Source: a bacterium (GTDB lineage Bacteria; Patescibacteriota; Gracilibacteria; UM-FILTER-43-11). From it: DNA of 64,000 bases. The stretch spans positions 14,079 to 78,078 of the forward strand of contig JAUHWS010000001.1 of NCBI GenBank assembly GCA_030427295.1. The letters run 5' to 3'. The notes under the pieces were generated by a model. That model searched no databases and had not been told where the DNA came from. It was given only the letters and a program-made list of their open reading frames with translations. Both the position numbers and the translations under genes were made by a program. Below are positions 1-8,538 of this stretch, one piece after another. Numbering within the stretch: the first letter of the stretch is position 1; each line of letters starts with the position of its first letter.

Positions 1-954
1 GGTAAAACCTACCAACGCGTCACCCCCAAAACCATCGACGAAATTGGGATCATGACCCATTTCTTTAATGAAATCACCCAGGATCTCGAAAAGATTTCTT
101 ACGATGTCAAAGAGCGCCGCCGCATGTCTTCCGAACTCGACATTGCCGCCAACATTCAGCGAGATGTGTTACCTAAAGAGGTCCCACAAACCCCTGCCTT
201 GGACATTGTGGCCAAAACCCGATCCGCTGCAGAGGTGGGTGGAGATATTTTTGACTTCTTAGAGTCTCAAGACAAAACTCAGCTATTCATTTACATTGGG
301 GACGTGACCGGTCACGGAGTCCCTTCTGGGCTTATTATGATGATGGTGGAAACCCTTGTTACGGCCATGGTGGACCGGGGGATTAACAATACGCAAGAGC
401 TCGTCACGCACACCAATAACCTATTACAACCCCGCATCAGCTCTCGTCTTTTCATGACCTCAGTCATGCTGCGTTGGGACAAGCAAAAACGCCAACTTTT
501 TTATACCGGGGCCGGACACGAACACATTTTAGTTTATCGACACAAAACCGAATCTGTCCAAGCCATCACTTCTGGCGGCATTGCCTTGGGGATGGTTCCC
601 GACGTCAGTCAAATTGCCAAAGAAAATCAAATCCCACTCGAAGTGGGGGATTGCGTTGTGCTTTATACCGACGGGATCACAGAAGCAAAGAATCAAGCGG
701 GCGAGATGTACAGTCTAGACCGTTTAGCCCGTTCCCTCAAAAAAAATGGCTTCAAACCCTCAGCCGAGAGCATCTTTGACGGCATGACCAACGACTTTTC
801 CGCCTTCGTGCGAGAGTATGTCCAAACCGACGACATCACCATGATGGTCATCAAATACACCGGCGACGAATCCACCGAAAACAAGGTCAAGTTGACCATC
901 AGTAAAGATCAAGCCAGTGCCGAACTCAAAAATAGAAATTGGAATTGGAGCTAG
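1..954 (+). CDS. HAMP-domain / PP2C-family (SpoIIE, RsbU-like) serine phosphatase, 5' end outside window
   Basis: Frame 1 is open from nt 1 (..TIDEIGIMTHFFNEI, HAMP-like). PP2C/SpoIIE motifs follow: AANIQRDVLP, GGDIFDF, GDVTGHGVPSG, LYTDGITEA, DDITMMV. Confidence 0.85.
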   Translation, partial: GKTYQRVTPKTIDEIGIMTHFFNEITQDLEKISYDVKERRRMSSELDIAANIQRDVLPKEVPQTPALDIVAKTRSAAEVGGDIFDFLESQDKTQLFIYIGDVTGHGVPSGLIMMMVETLVTAMVDRGINNTQELVTHTNNLLQPRISSRLFMTSVMLRWDKQKRQLFYTGAGHEHILVYRHKTESVQAITSGGIALGMVPDVSQIAKENQIPLEVGDCVVLYTDGITEAKNQAGEMYSLDRLARSLKKNGFKPSAESIFDGMTNDFSAFVREYVQTDDITMMVIKYTGDESTENKVKLTISKDQASAELKNRNWNWS

Positions 955-1025
955 TCTTAGAGCTGGTAGCTTGTAGCTGAGAGCTGGTAGGCTAGTCGGT
1001 ATTTGGAATAACTTAAATTATTCCA
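955..1025 (-). repeat. AGCTNNN heptamer word array; inverted partial copy of the interior of modules 36931-37149 and 60134-60352
   Basis: agctggt agcttgt agctgag agctggt aggctag tcggtatttggaataacttaaatta is the reverse complement of ..taatttaagttattctaaataccgactagtctaccagctaacagctaatagctacc.. at about 60255-60310. It begins 6 nt after the phosphatase stop. Confidence 0.75.
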
Positions 1026-1143
1026 TCAGGGCCTCCCCCTTAATCTTATTAAGTTCACCTTATTGTCCCCCTCCTCAGGGAGGGGGAAAGAGATTAACGG
1101 ATGAATCACTTTTAGGGGGGGTCTAAATGAAAATTGAAATCAT

Positions 1144-1343
1144 CCCTGAAGGCGAGGTTTGCAAACCTCGCCTTCATTGAAAAATAAGAAAACCATTTGT
1201 CATCCTTGGAACCCAAAGGGCCCCCTTAGGGGCTTGATCCAAGAGTCGTCTGTATTTGGAACTTCTGAATTCAAAAAGACTCCCGAGTTCACCTTTCTGG
1301 TAAACCACTCGCTAAGCTCGTGGACCATAAAGGCTCGGGAGTG
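1144..1343 (+). repeat. About 200-bp structured repeat R, copy 1 (second copy at 49811-50009)
   Basis: Near-identical by eye to 49811-50009. Contains a 10-bp-stem hairpin gaaggcgagg..cctcgccttc, a tgtcat-ccttgga..tccaaga-gtcgtc hairpin, and a 9-bp inverted repeat actcccgag..ctcgggagt. Confidence 0.85.
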
Positions 1344-1362
1344 GTAGTGGGGTGTAGGGTGA

Positions 1363-1626
1363 GTATATACTTTGGATTGGGGTGGGTATATACTTTTTCT
1401 CAATGACCAATTTCCAATGTCTCAGTTTCCAAATAAAATCGAATTCTGAATATCTAATTTTTAAACCTTATTCAGACTTTAAATGGCTTAAATAAAACAA
1501 ATTATAAACCATTTGGACATTAAAAATTCAAATTTAGAATTTGTTTGGAAAGTATTGGAATGAATTAGTGAGTATTGGAATGAATTAAGACATAGGTATA
1601 TAGATGAGGAGAGGGTGAGTATATAC
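1363..1626 (+). repeat. GTATATAC double-box module M1 (interior type 1)
   Basis: Boxes at 1363-1370, 1386-1393, 1596-1603 (GTATATAG) and 1619-1626. The interior is an AT-rich word array (ccaatttccaa.. / ..attggaatgaatta) homologous in inverted orientation to 14407-14680. The last box directly abuts the stop codon (1627-1629) of the minus-strand glycosyltransferase gene. Confidence 0.85.
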
Positions 1627-2703
1627 TCACTCCTCCCTCAAGACCTCATACACCTGTTGGGCACAAGTTTCCCAGCGGTATTTTTTGAGGGTTTCAGGAT
1701 GTTTTTTTGTTTTCAAATCCTCTCCTTTTTTAGCCCCTGCAACCCGCTCCATCAACTGGCTCAATTGGACAGCATCGTCGACCTCAAAAAAGAAAGCATT
1801 TTCTGAGGCAATTTCTTTTGAGGTCGGAATCGCTGAAGCAATGATGGGGATGTCTGCATCCATGGCTTCTAAAAGGGGGATTCCAAAACCTTCTTCTCGA
1901 GAGGGAAAGACAAAAGCCAAGGCATGATGTAAAAACACCTGTTTCTCTTCCTCCGAAATGAAGCCTGGCAATACCACTTGGTCTTTCACATGGGGGGGAA
2001 TGGTTTTTAAAATGGCCTCCCCGCCATGGCCTGGAAACCCCGCCAGGACCAATTTAACCTCCTTGTTCCCCTCTCCAAAAAGACCAAAAGCCTGAATCAG
2101 CCGATCTGAGTTTTTTTTATATTCAATCCGTCCCACATACAAAAAATACCCCTTATCCTTCAAATCATATTTCTCTAGGATCTTTTTCTCTTCAATGGGC
2201 TGGACCGAAACCGTTGAAGGGGAAAAGCCCAAAGGAATCACTCTAATTTTCTCAGGATCACAGTCATAATAATGGATCAAATCAGCTTTGGTTTTCTCGG
2301 ACGGCGTGATGATGCGATGAGCCCGTTTGACCGCAAATCGAGTGGCCCAATCCAAATACCAGCGCGATTTCCGGCTGTAGCTTTTAGGCGAGTATTTAAA
2401 CACCACATCATGAATGGTGATGATCGATTTTTTGGGATGAATCAGGGGTAAAACATGAGAAGGAACAAAGAGCGTTTGAATTTCCTTATTCCTCAAAACC
2501 TCCCAACTCAAACGAAGATGGGTCCAAAGTCTCCGAAAAGGAATGGTAATCTGTTTCACTGGTAAATCAATCTTTCGAGGGCTAATCAAGGTGATGTCAT
2601 CCCCATAAGCCTTCACCAAATGCTGGATCAAAAAATAGGAATAATTCTCCACACCCGTGCGCTTTTCGGTGTTGTTGTAACGCGAGGCGTCGATAAATAT
2701 CAT
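1627..2703 (-). CDS. Glycosyltransferase family 4 (GT-B, group 1)
   Basis: 358-aa ORF with a C-terminal EEGFGIPLLEAMDADIPIIAS motif typical of GT4/group-1 glycosyltransferases. Confidence 0.85.
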   Translation of the reverse strand: MIFIDASRYNNTEKRTGVENYSYFLIQHLVKAYGDDITLISPRKIDLPVKQITIPFRRLWTHLRLSWEVLRNKEIQTLFVPSHVLPLIHPKKSIITIHDVVFKYSPKSYSRKSRWYLDWATRFAVKRAHRIITPSEKTKADLIHYYDCDPEKIRVIPLGFSPSTVSVQPIEEKKILEKYDLKDKGYFLYVGRIEYKKNSDRLIQAFGLFGEGNKEVKLVLAGFPGHGGEAILKTIPPHVKDQVVLPGFISEEEKQVFLHHALAFVFPSREEGFGIPLLEAMDADIPIIASAIPTSKEIASENAFFFEVDDAVQLSQLMERVAGAKKGEDLKTKKHPETLKKYRWETCAQQVYEVLREE

Positions 2704-2768
2704 TTCGGATGGGTTACGGATGGGATGCGAATTGTTTTCGAATAGGTTGCGAATGGCTTACGAATAGT
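2704..2768 (+). repeat. 11-nt periodic array, about 6 units (ttcggatgg gttacggatgg gatgcgaattg ttttcgaatag gttgcgaatgg cttacgaatag)
   Basis: Exact 11-nt phasing read from the sequence. On the minus strand it runs directly into the start codon of the GT4 gene (ccatccgaaATG). Confidence 0.85.
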
Positions 2769-2872
2769 TGTTATCAACGGAATATCAGCCACCATCCGGC
2801 CAAAAATGCGGCCCACTAATCAGAGTACACTTAACGAATTAATCCAAAGCTAGTCCTTACAAAAAAGTTGCA

Positions 2873-2901
2873 TTGATGAATCTCTTCACTGCCATTATAA
2901 T
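2873..2901 (+). promoter_or_regulatory. Sigma-70-like promoter (TTGATG-17-TATAAT) upstream of the PUR-like gene
   Basis: TTGATG at 2873-2878, a 17-nt spacer, TATAAT at 2896-2901, about 29 nt before the ATG at 2930. Confidence 0.5.
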
Positions 2902-2929
2902 AGCCTAGCAATACTTTTTTAACCCCAAA

Positions 2930-3274
2930 ATGAAAATGGAAGGAGATAGTACAGATTATCAATTTGATGACGTAGATATGTCAGCTGAACCTCAAACAAC
3001 TGGAGACGATCATGGTCACAGTGATGCCGGTGCTGGTTCAATGAGTTCAGGAAGCCAAGGTCAAGATGGCGGCGGACGCTATGCTGATGAGCTATTTTCA
3101 AAGCAAATTCGAGCCAAATTCCGCACTTTTTATATCGATCTCAAGGAAAGTTCTAACGGAAAATTCATAAAGATCAGCGAAAAAAGTCATGGACGAAAGA
3201 GCACCATCATGATGGATGCTGAAGACGTGGCACCCTTTATCGAAGCGCTTCAAGAAGTGCAAGGTCAACTCTAA
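2930..3274 (+). CDS. PUR-alpha-like ssDNA/RNA-binding protein (DUF3276-like)
   Basis: An acidic/Gly-rich N-terminus, then ELFSKQIRAKFRTFYIDLKESSNGKFIKISEKS..STIMMDAEDVAPFIEAL. This resembles the bacterial PUR repeat family from memory. Confidence 0.6.
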   Translation: MKMEGDSTDYQFDDVDMSAEPQTTGDDHGHSDAGAGSMSSGSQGQDGGGRYADELFSKQIRAKFRTFYIDLKESSNGKFIKISEKSHGRKSTIMMDAEDVAPFIEALQEVQGQL

Positions 3275-3291
3275 ATTTGATCTCAATTCAT

Positions 3292-4548
3292 TCACTGGCC
3301 GCCCGGCGAAACCGCTTGGCGGCTTTTGAGTTTAGATTGTTTGCGCTTATCAAATCCCCAGAGCAAGTAGGGAATCAACAAAATAGAAGCAAAAATGGGA
3401 AAAGCTCCCAAGCTCAAGCCCCCGTATAAAAACCCTCCAAACATCGGCGCCAAGCCATTACTCCCCGCCATAATGGATTCGTCCACTCCCGTCACCCGCC
3501 CTTGTTCTTTTTCACTCACCGCACCGGTCAACATGGTCTTAAAGGTTGGCATACTGAGGCCCATCCCCAAATTAGTCAAATACATCAACGCGAAATAGAC
3601 CATCAAGTTCACCCTGAAAAATAATGCAGCAATGCTCAAAGCTAAAACCAATTGACCCAGATTAAACGTTTTTCGATTTCCTAATTTTTTAGCCAATTTA
3701 GGAGCGATCAGGGCATGATTAAAGACAGAAAAAATACCGATCACCAACATCAAAAGGCCCAACTCCTTAGCATCCAACCCTAAAAAATCTTTTGCATATA
3801 AGGCAAACGTCGAGGTAAAAGTTCCAAAAGCGAAGGCGAAGATAAAGTGCCTCCAAAAAAGGTGGGTGACCAGCTTATTATCTTTAAATTCTCGAATTTT
3901 CTTCACTATATTGATCTCAGACCACAAATGGATTTCCAGTTCCTTGTCTCGTTTTTCATCCGTCAGCGATTCTTTTAAATACAAAATAATCATCAGCAGA
4001 GTAAACAATGAAATTGCCGCAGCAGCGATGACGGTTCCCAAATAACCAATTGAAAACGAAGTGGTGTAGCCTCCTAAAACGGGGCCAACAATAAAACCTA
4101 GGCCAAAGATAGCCCCCACCATGCCATAAAATTTGGTCCTCTCTTCCCGCGTACTGATATCAGCGATGTAGGCATTAGCGACTGAGTTATTCCCCCCCGT
4201 GATGCCATCAATCATGCGGGACAAAAAGATCACTAAAATGGGCAACGAAATTCCCAAAATATCAATGTTGGGTAAAAAATAAGCGATCCCAAAAATCACC
4301 CAACTCAACAAAGTCCCTGCCTGACTCAAAATCAAGGTAGGCCGTCGGCCATATTTATCACTCAGTGAGCCAATGATCGGGGCACCCAAAAACTGAAAAA
4401 AAGCATAAGCTGAAAGCAGTAATCCATACGTAATTGCTCCCGCCCCATAACGCTCGGTCACAAAAGGGAGGACGGGAATCAAAATACTGAATCCAATGGT
4501 GTTCACAAAAGTCAGCAGACCAATGGGGAGGAATTTTTTGCTTGTCAT
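3292..4548 (-). CDS. MFS transporter (drug/H+ antiporter, tetracycline-efflux-like)
   Basis: 418 aa, about 12 hydrophobic segments, MFS loop motif SDKYGRRPTLIL. Confidence 0.85.
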   Translation of the reverse strand: MTSKKFLPIGLLTFVNTIGFSILIPVLPFVTERYGAGAITYGLLLSAYAFFQFLGAPIIGSLSDKYGRRPTLILSQAGTLLSWVIFGIAYFLPNIDILGISLPILVIFLSRMIDGITGGNNSVANAYIADISTREERTKFYGMVGAIFGLGFIVGPVLGGYTTSFSIGYLGTVIAAAAISLFTLLMIILYLKESLTDEKRDKELEIHLWSEINIVKKIREFKDNKLVTHLFWRHFIFAFAFGTFTSTFALYAKDFLGLDAKELGLLMLVIGIFSVFNHALIAPKLAKKLGNRKTFNLGQLVLALSIAALFFRVNLMVYFALMYLTNLGMGLSMPTFKTMLTGAVSEKEQGRVTGVDESIMAGSNGLAPMFGGFLYGGLSLGAFPIFASILLIPYLLWGFDKRKQSKLKSRQAVSPGGQ

Positions 4549-4663
4549 GATTAATTTTTTATCCGAATTTATTTGGAGCCTATTCGAGATTTATAAGCGA
4601 TCACCTGCCTGTCGGCAGGGCGGCTAGCGACAAGCGTTTAGGTACCGCCTCAAAACGATGCAT

Positions 4664-4906
4664 TAACCATCCGTAAAACCATCCATAAACCGTACTTTCA
4701 ATGGTGGGCCGAAGGCTGGCCGCATAGTGGCTGATATTAGTTTTATAACCACCATTGGGTCCACAACTCGGTCCACCATCCGCCCCACGATTCGTAAGCT
4801 ATCCGTAGAACAATTCGTTAACCATTCGTAAAACCATCCGAAAACAATTCGTAGGCTATTCGTAAACAATTCGTTAACCATCCGCAACCCATCCGTAACC
4901 CATTCG
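4664..4906 (-). repeat. 11-nt periodic arrays (CCATTCGTAAN on the + strand): about 3 units, a hairpin-containing gap, then about 12 units
   Basis: ..aagctatccgt agaacaattcgt taaccattcgt aaaaccatccg aaaacaattcgt aggctattcgt aaacaattcgt taaccatccgc aacccatccgt aacccattcg. On the minus strand it begins 1 nt after the rny stop. The central gap carries a 9-bp inverted repeat, caatggtgg..ccaccattg. Confidence 0.85.
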
Positions 4907-4908
4907 AT

Positions 4909-6471
4909 CTACTTCGCCACATCCATCGCACGAATTTCACGAATCACCTGCACCTTGATGGTTCCAGGATAAGCGAGTTCTTGCTCAATCTTTCGCGCAA
5001 TCTCATGAGAGAGTTTGATGGCCTGCATGTCATCCACATCCTTTGGACGAACAAACACCCGGATTTCACGACCCGCTTGGATGGCATACGCCTTTTCCAC
5101 TCCCTCAAACGAGGTGCCCACGCGTTCCAAATCCTTCAAGCGTCTCAAATAAGTCTCAACGGTTTCGCTACGAGCCCCCGGACGAGCCGCTGAAATCGCA
5201 TCAGCCGCTTGAACCACCAAAGCTTCAGCGGTATTCACCGGTATTTCTTCATGATGGGCCTCCACGGCGTGAACCACCTTCTCGGGCAAACCATATTTTC
5301 GCAAAATATCGGCCCCAATCAAGGCATGACTCCCTTCAATGTCGTGATCGACGGCCTTCCCAATGTCGTGCAAGAAGCCAGCGGTCTTAGCCGCTTGGGC
5401 ATCCGCCCCAATGCTGTCAGCAATTTGGCCTGCCAAAAAACCAACTTCCATACTGTGTTTCATCACATTTTGACCATAGCTGGTTCGAAAGCGTAGTCGT
5501 CCAATGATCTTGATCAAGTCTGGATGCAACCCTGTGATTCCCATTTCAAAGGCGGCCTTCTCCCCAAATTCTTTCATCATTTGATGAATTTCTTCCTTCG
5601 TTTCTTCCACAACCGACTCAATGCGGGCTGGGTGAATGCGACCATCTTCCACTAATTTTTCTAAAGCCCGCTTAGCGACGTAGCGACGCACCAAGTCAAA
5701 GCCAGAAATCATGATGGCATTTGGAGTGTCATCCACAATCACATCCACTCCCGTCAAATGTTCAAAGGCGTTAATGTTCCGCCCCTCCTTACCGATCACC
5801 CGGCCTTTAATATCATCATTTGGCAAAGCCACCATGGTCTGGGTCGATTCTGAGGTGACATCCGAAGCCATCTTCTGAATCGCAGATGCAATCACATTGG
5901 TCGCTTCTTTTTTGGCCTCCTCCTTAACTTCCTCATTCATTTGTTTGTAATGCTCCACCAGTTCATCTTTGTACTCCCGTTCCATATTATTCAAAAGCAT
6001 TTGACGGGCTTCTTCTTTCGTCAATTTGGTGATGTTAGCCAGTTTTTCCTCTTGTTCTTGATACAACGCTTCAATTTTATCTTCGGTCTGCTTGAGTTTT
6101 TCTTCACGTTGCTCATAAGCCAACTTCTGTTTCTCGATATCCGAAAGTTTTTTCTCTAAATTATCCTCCTTGGTGATGAGGCGTTCTTCATGTTTTTCAA
6201 GTTGTCGGCGCATGGACTGCTCTTCCTTTTTAGCCTCCTCAACAATTTCCAAGGCCTTGTTTTTAGCATCGACAATTTTCTCTTTCAGTTTGGTCTCGGC
6301 GTCAGCGGCTTTTCGTTCAAGTTCACTCAACTTCTTATCGGCCTGGGCAATCTTTTTTTGATTGGCCTCCTCAATCTTTCTTAGGTAATTGTTACCCTCC
6401 GACTTGAAGTAGATGTAAACACCAGCTGCACCAATGATTAAGCCAATAATGGCATAAATTAGGCTGCTCAT
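4909..6471 (-). CDS. rny: Ribonuclease Y
   Basis: N-terminal TM helix, long coiled-coil, KH domain (GRVIGKEGRNI) and HD domain (FLHDIGK). The ORF opens at TTG 6495; ATG 6471 (MSSLIYAIIG..) is the more likely start. Confidence 0.93.
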   Translation of the reverse strand: MSSLIYAIIGLIIGAAGVYIYFKSEGNNYLRKIEEANQKKIAQADKKLSELERKAADAETKLKEKIVDAKNKALEIVEEAKKEEQSMRRQLEKHEERLITKEDNLEKKLSDIEKQKLAYEQREEKLKQTEDKIEALYQEQEEKLANITKLTKEEARQMLLNNMEREYKDELVEHYKQMNEEVKEEAKKEATNVIASAIQKMASDVTSESTQTMVALPNDDIKGRVIGKEGRNINAFEHLTGVDVIVDDTPNAIMISGFDLVRRYVAKRALEKLVEDGRIHPARIESVVEETKEEIHQMMKEFGEKAAFEMGITGLHPDLIKIIGRLRFRTSYGQNVMKHSMEVGFLAGQIADSIGADAQAAKTAGFLHDIGKAVDHDIEGSHALIGADILRKYGLPEKVVHAVEAHHEEIPVNTAEALVVQAADAISAARPGARSETVETYLRRLKDLERVGTSFEGVEKAYAIQAGREIRVFVRPKDVDDMQAIKLSHEIARKIEQELAYPGTIKVQVIREIRAMDVAK

Positions 6472-6867
6472 AAATACAATAAGGTTACAGGTCAACCTTA
6501 AAGTTAATAAAACCGTTTTTTATTAATGATGATGGTGCTTTTCTTGCTTGAGTCTCGGTTTTTAGTTTGAACAGTGGGTCAAATGGATCAGTTATTTCAG
6601 AGTGCAAACAATCGGGGGATTCTACCATTCATTAGTCAAGGATAGCGCTTAGTCAACAGTTATTAACTCTAGGTCGATGTGATTAAAATAGTGCTGAATG
6701 ATCTCTCATTTAAATACAACAGAATATCAACAGACAAGATCAATCACCCTAATTATAGAATCATAAAATTTATTGTCAAATCATATTTTTTGGCTTAAGC
6801 AAGCTGAGCTTTTTTAAGGATGACTCAAACAAAAGATATTCCCAATAAAAAAAAGTACAAAAAAGAC

Positions 6868-6896
6868 TTGCATAATAAAAAATAATTTGGTATAAT
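6868..6896 (+). promoter_or_regulatory. Near-consensus sigma-70 promoter (TTGCAT-17-TATAAT)
   Basis: TTGCAT at 6868-6873, a 17-nt AT-rich spacer, TATAAT at 6891-6896. No ORF lies downstream on this strand. Confidence 0.65.
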
Positions 6897-6902
6897 GAAA
6901 TA

Positions 6903-7322
6903 TAACGTTAAGAAGAAGATCTTTAAAAACACAGTGCTGGTGAGAGAAACCTGCTAATGGAAACAAAAAATAAAAATTGATTTATTTTGATTGGCAAGTG
7001 ATGGGTCACATGTTGATCAATTGCTTTGCCCATCTTCCTTGGCAGGTTCCTCTCACTAATTGGATGGAGTTAATCAATCCTTCAAGACAAAAATAAAAGC
7101 GTGTTTTTCTTATCTCAACCCCCTTGAGGTCGGAGGATATGCACAATGTGTTTTGCTTCACTTCGGTGGACGCAAGACGTTTGACTTGTTGGAACTTAGG
7201 ATCCTGGACAGTTATCTCTTAGTCGGATAAGTGTTTGAGCCCTACGTTTTAACCACCACCTCTTGGTGAGAGAATAAAAAAACGGTACCACGATCCCTTC
7301 AATCGTGCGTACGGTTTTTTTG
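6903..7322 (+). ncRNA. Candidate orphan structured ncRNA (about 420 nt), class unknown
   Basis: It sits inside an 850-bp stretch (6496-7347) with no ORF of 60 aa or more in any frame, bounded by the promoter at 6868-6896 and an intrinsic terminator at about 7281-7322. Structural elements read by eye are a long-range pairing (ggtgagagaaacctgc at 6939-6954 with gcaggttcctctcac at 7042-7056), a UUCG-tetraloop hairpin (ttcacTTCGgtgga, about 7157-7170) and a 7-bp hairpin (atctcaaCCCCCttgaggt, about 7111-7129). Confidence 0.5.
7281..7322 (+). terminator. Intrinsic terminator (imperfect GC-containing hairpin plus T7 run)
   Basis: acggtaccacgat-cccttca-atcgtgcgtacggt followed by ttttttt. Confidence 0.6.
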
Positions 7323-7347
7323 TTTTAAAAATTATTTTGAAGCCCTT

Positions 7348-7959
7348 TTAAACACGTTGGACGTGATAAATTCCAGTCCTTTTAAATAGCCTATAAAATG
7401 CATAAACTGTTTGTCCATTTTGAGGTCCGGCTATTGCAAAAACAAAAGGTTGATTCGGTGAAATAAGACCATTCTCATAGTCTCTAGCAACATCTTCCAA
7501 ATCAGCCTGAGATGGATCGCAAGGATGTTGACCAGGGTTTAAATCATACACTGTTGTCGGATGAGTGTGCATGTCTCCAATCAATTGAACGTGACGATAT
7601 TCAGAAAATGACCCTTGTATGCCTCTCACGTACTCTTGCACTCCAGCCATGTCAACTGAAACATGATTCGAACCTTCGTTGTAAGCAAAAAGTCGCTGAT
7701 TTTCTTCGGGTGTAATTTCCACCACATGAGTGATTTCCACGTGAGCACTTGAATCTTCTAAATTCGTCCTTCCAAGAAGAATTCGATATCTTTCACGGCC
7801 AGCCTCCAAATCTTGTGGGTTCACTTCTGGAAAATACTGCCCAACATTTTCTGAGTATCCAATGCTTAGCTGTAAATTCTCATCTAAAAAATCCACCCCT
7901 TCCCTCTTTAGCTCGGGATTCTGATAATCATCGTTATGAAAATTTTCTCCAGTTCTCAT
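7348..7959 (-). CDS. JAB/MPN (JAMM) metallopeptidase-domain protein
   Basis: JAMM-like motif GDMHTHPTT..(insert)..PSQADLEDV (H-x-H ... S-x-x-D) in the C-terminal half. The N-terminal 120 aa have no recognisable domain. Confidence 0.6.
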   Translation of the reverse strand: MRTGENFHNDDYQNPELKREGVDFLDENLQLSIGYSENVGQYFPEVNPQDLEAGRERYRILLGRTNLEDSSAHVEITHVVEITPEENQRLFAYNEGSNHVSVDMAGVQEYVRGIQGSFSEYRHVQLIGDMHTHPTTVYDLNPGQHPCDPSQADLEDVARDYENGLISPNQPFVFAIAGPQNGQTVYAFYRLFKRTGIYHVQRV

Positions 7960-8008
7960 TGCAACTTAATTAAGCTCAAGGGCAGTATAGCCCAAAATCG
8001 CCACTGAA

Positions 8009-8245
8009 CTAATATACCCCCCCTACTGTTTCCAAAGCCAAAGGCGTATTATGCTGAGTTACTGCAAAATCTTCCCCGTCGCGCTCTACGGTGAGTCGCA
8101 ACGCACCACGCACGTCTTTGATCATTTTAGGCATCACCCCCCGTTTCACATGGGCTACAAACCCCTGCTTGCTGATGATTCCTCGATAATCTTCCATTTC
8201 AATCAGATCGAGTAATTCGAGTAGGGTGAGTTTTTTTGCAACCAT
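8009..8245 (-). CDS. Small hypothetical protein (78 aa) ending ..ALETVGGVY; possible ubiquitin-like/processed partner of the JAB protein
   Basis: Co-directional and 49 nt upstream of the JAB gene. A GG dipeptide lies 2 residues from the C-terminus. The fold assignment is not supported by any motif I can recognise. Confidence 0.35.
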   Translation of the reverse strand: MVAKKLTLLELLDLIEMEDYRGIISKQGFVAHVKRGVMPKMIKDVRGALRLTVERDGEDFAVTQHNTPLALETVGGVY

Positions 8246-8538
8246 AGTGTTTTTGTTGTTATTTTTTATTTCCCCCCGCTCAAAACAGTCTCAATCTCTT
8301 TTTGCATATCTCCTCATTATACCTGAACAAAAACAATTAATCAAGCCTTTTTAGGCTTTTTAAGAGGAAGAACGGATCATTTGAAGAGTATTTTTTATTG
8401 ACTTTTTGGGTGAAAATTGATAGGGTGGTTTCTTCATTCCGGGTATGAAGTTTTGCTCCTGGGCGCAAAAAAATTCATCCACGGTTTTTTTGTTTCCCAT
8501 TCATTTCTATATCGGTAACCCCCTCTCGATATAAAATC

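Noticed and set aside
4663-4887. 74-aa ORF (minus strand) and other short ORFs lying inside repeat arrays and modules: 1159-1347, 1200-1403, 1615-1806, 36343-36585, 50178-50375, 28585-28878, 19587-19784.
   Set aside because: They are translations of tandem words or repeat elements (for example ..FTNSLRIVFGWFYEWLTN..), overlap better-supported features, and have no protein-like motifs.
6903-7322. The ncRNA candidate as RNase P RNA, tmRNA, SRP RNA or 6S RNA. The terminator hairpin also has a superficial resemblance to group II intron domain V (..cgtacggtt).
   Set aside because: I could not find the P4 GGAAAGUCC motif, a tRNA-like 3' end with ACCA and a plausible tag ORF, or the SRP domain IV GGAA-loop/AGCA motif. 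The D5-like similarity is limited to one strand of a terminator stem, with no other intron domains and no IEP. The class is left unknown rather than assigned.
7348-8245. Calling the JAB gene plus the small gene a complete bacterial ubiquitination-like (E1/E2/Ubl/DUB) system.
   Set aside because: No E1-like adenylating enzyme or E2-like gene is present nearby, and the beta-grasp fold of the small protein is unverified. It is reported only as a low-confidence hypothesis.
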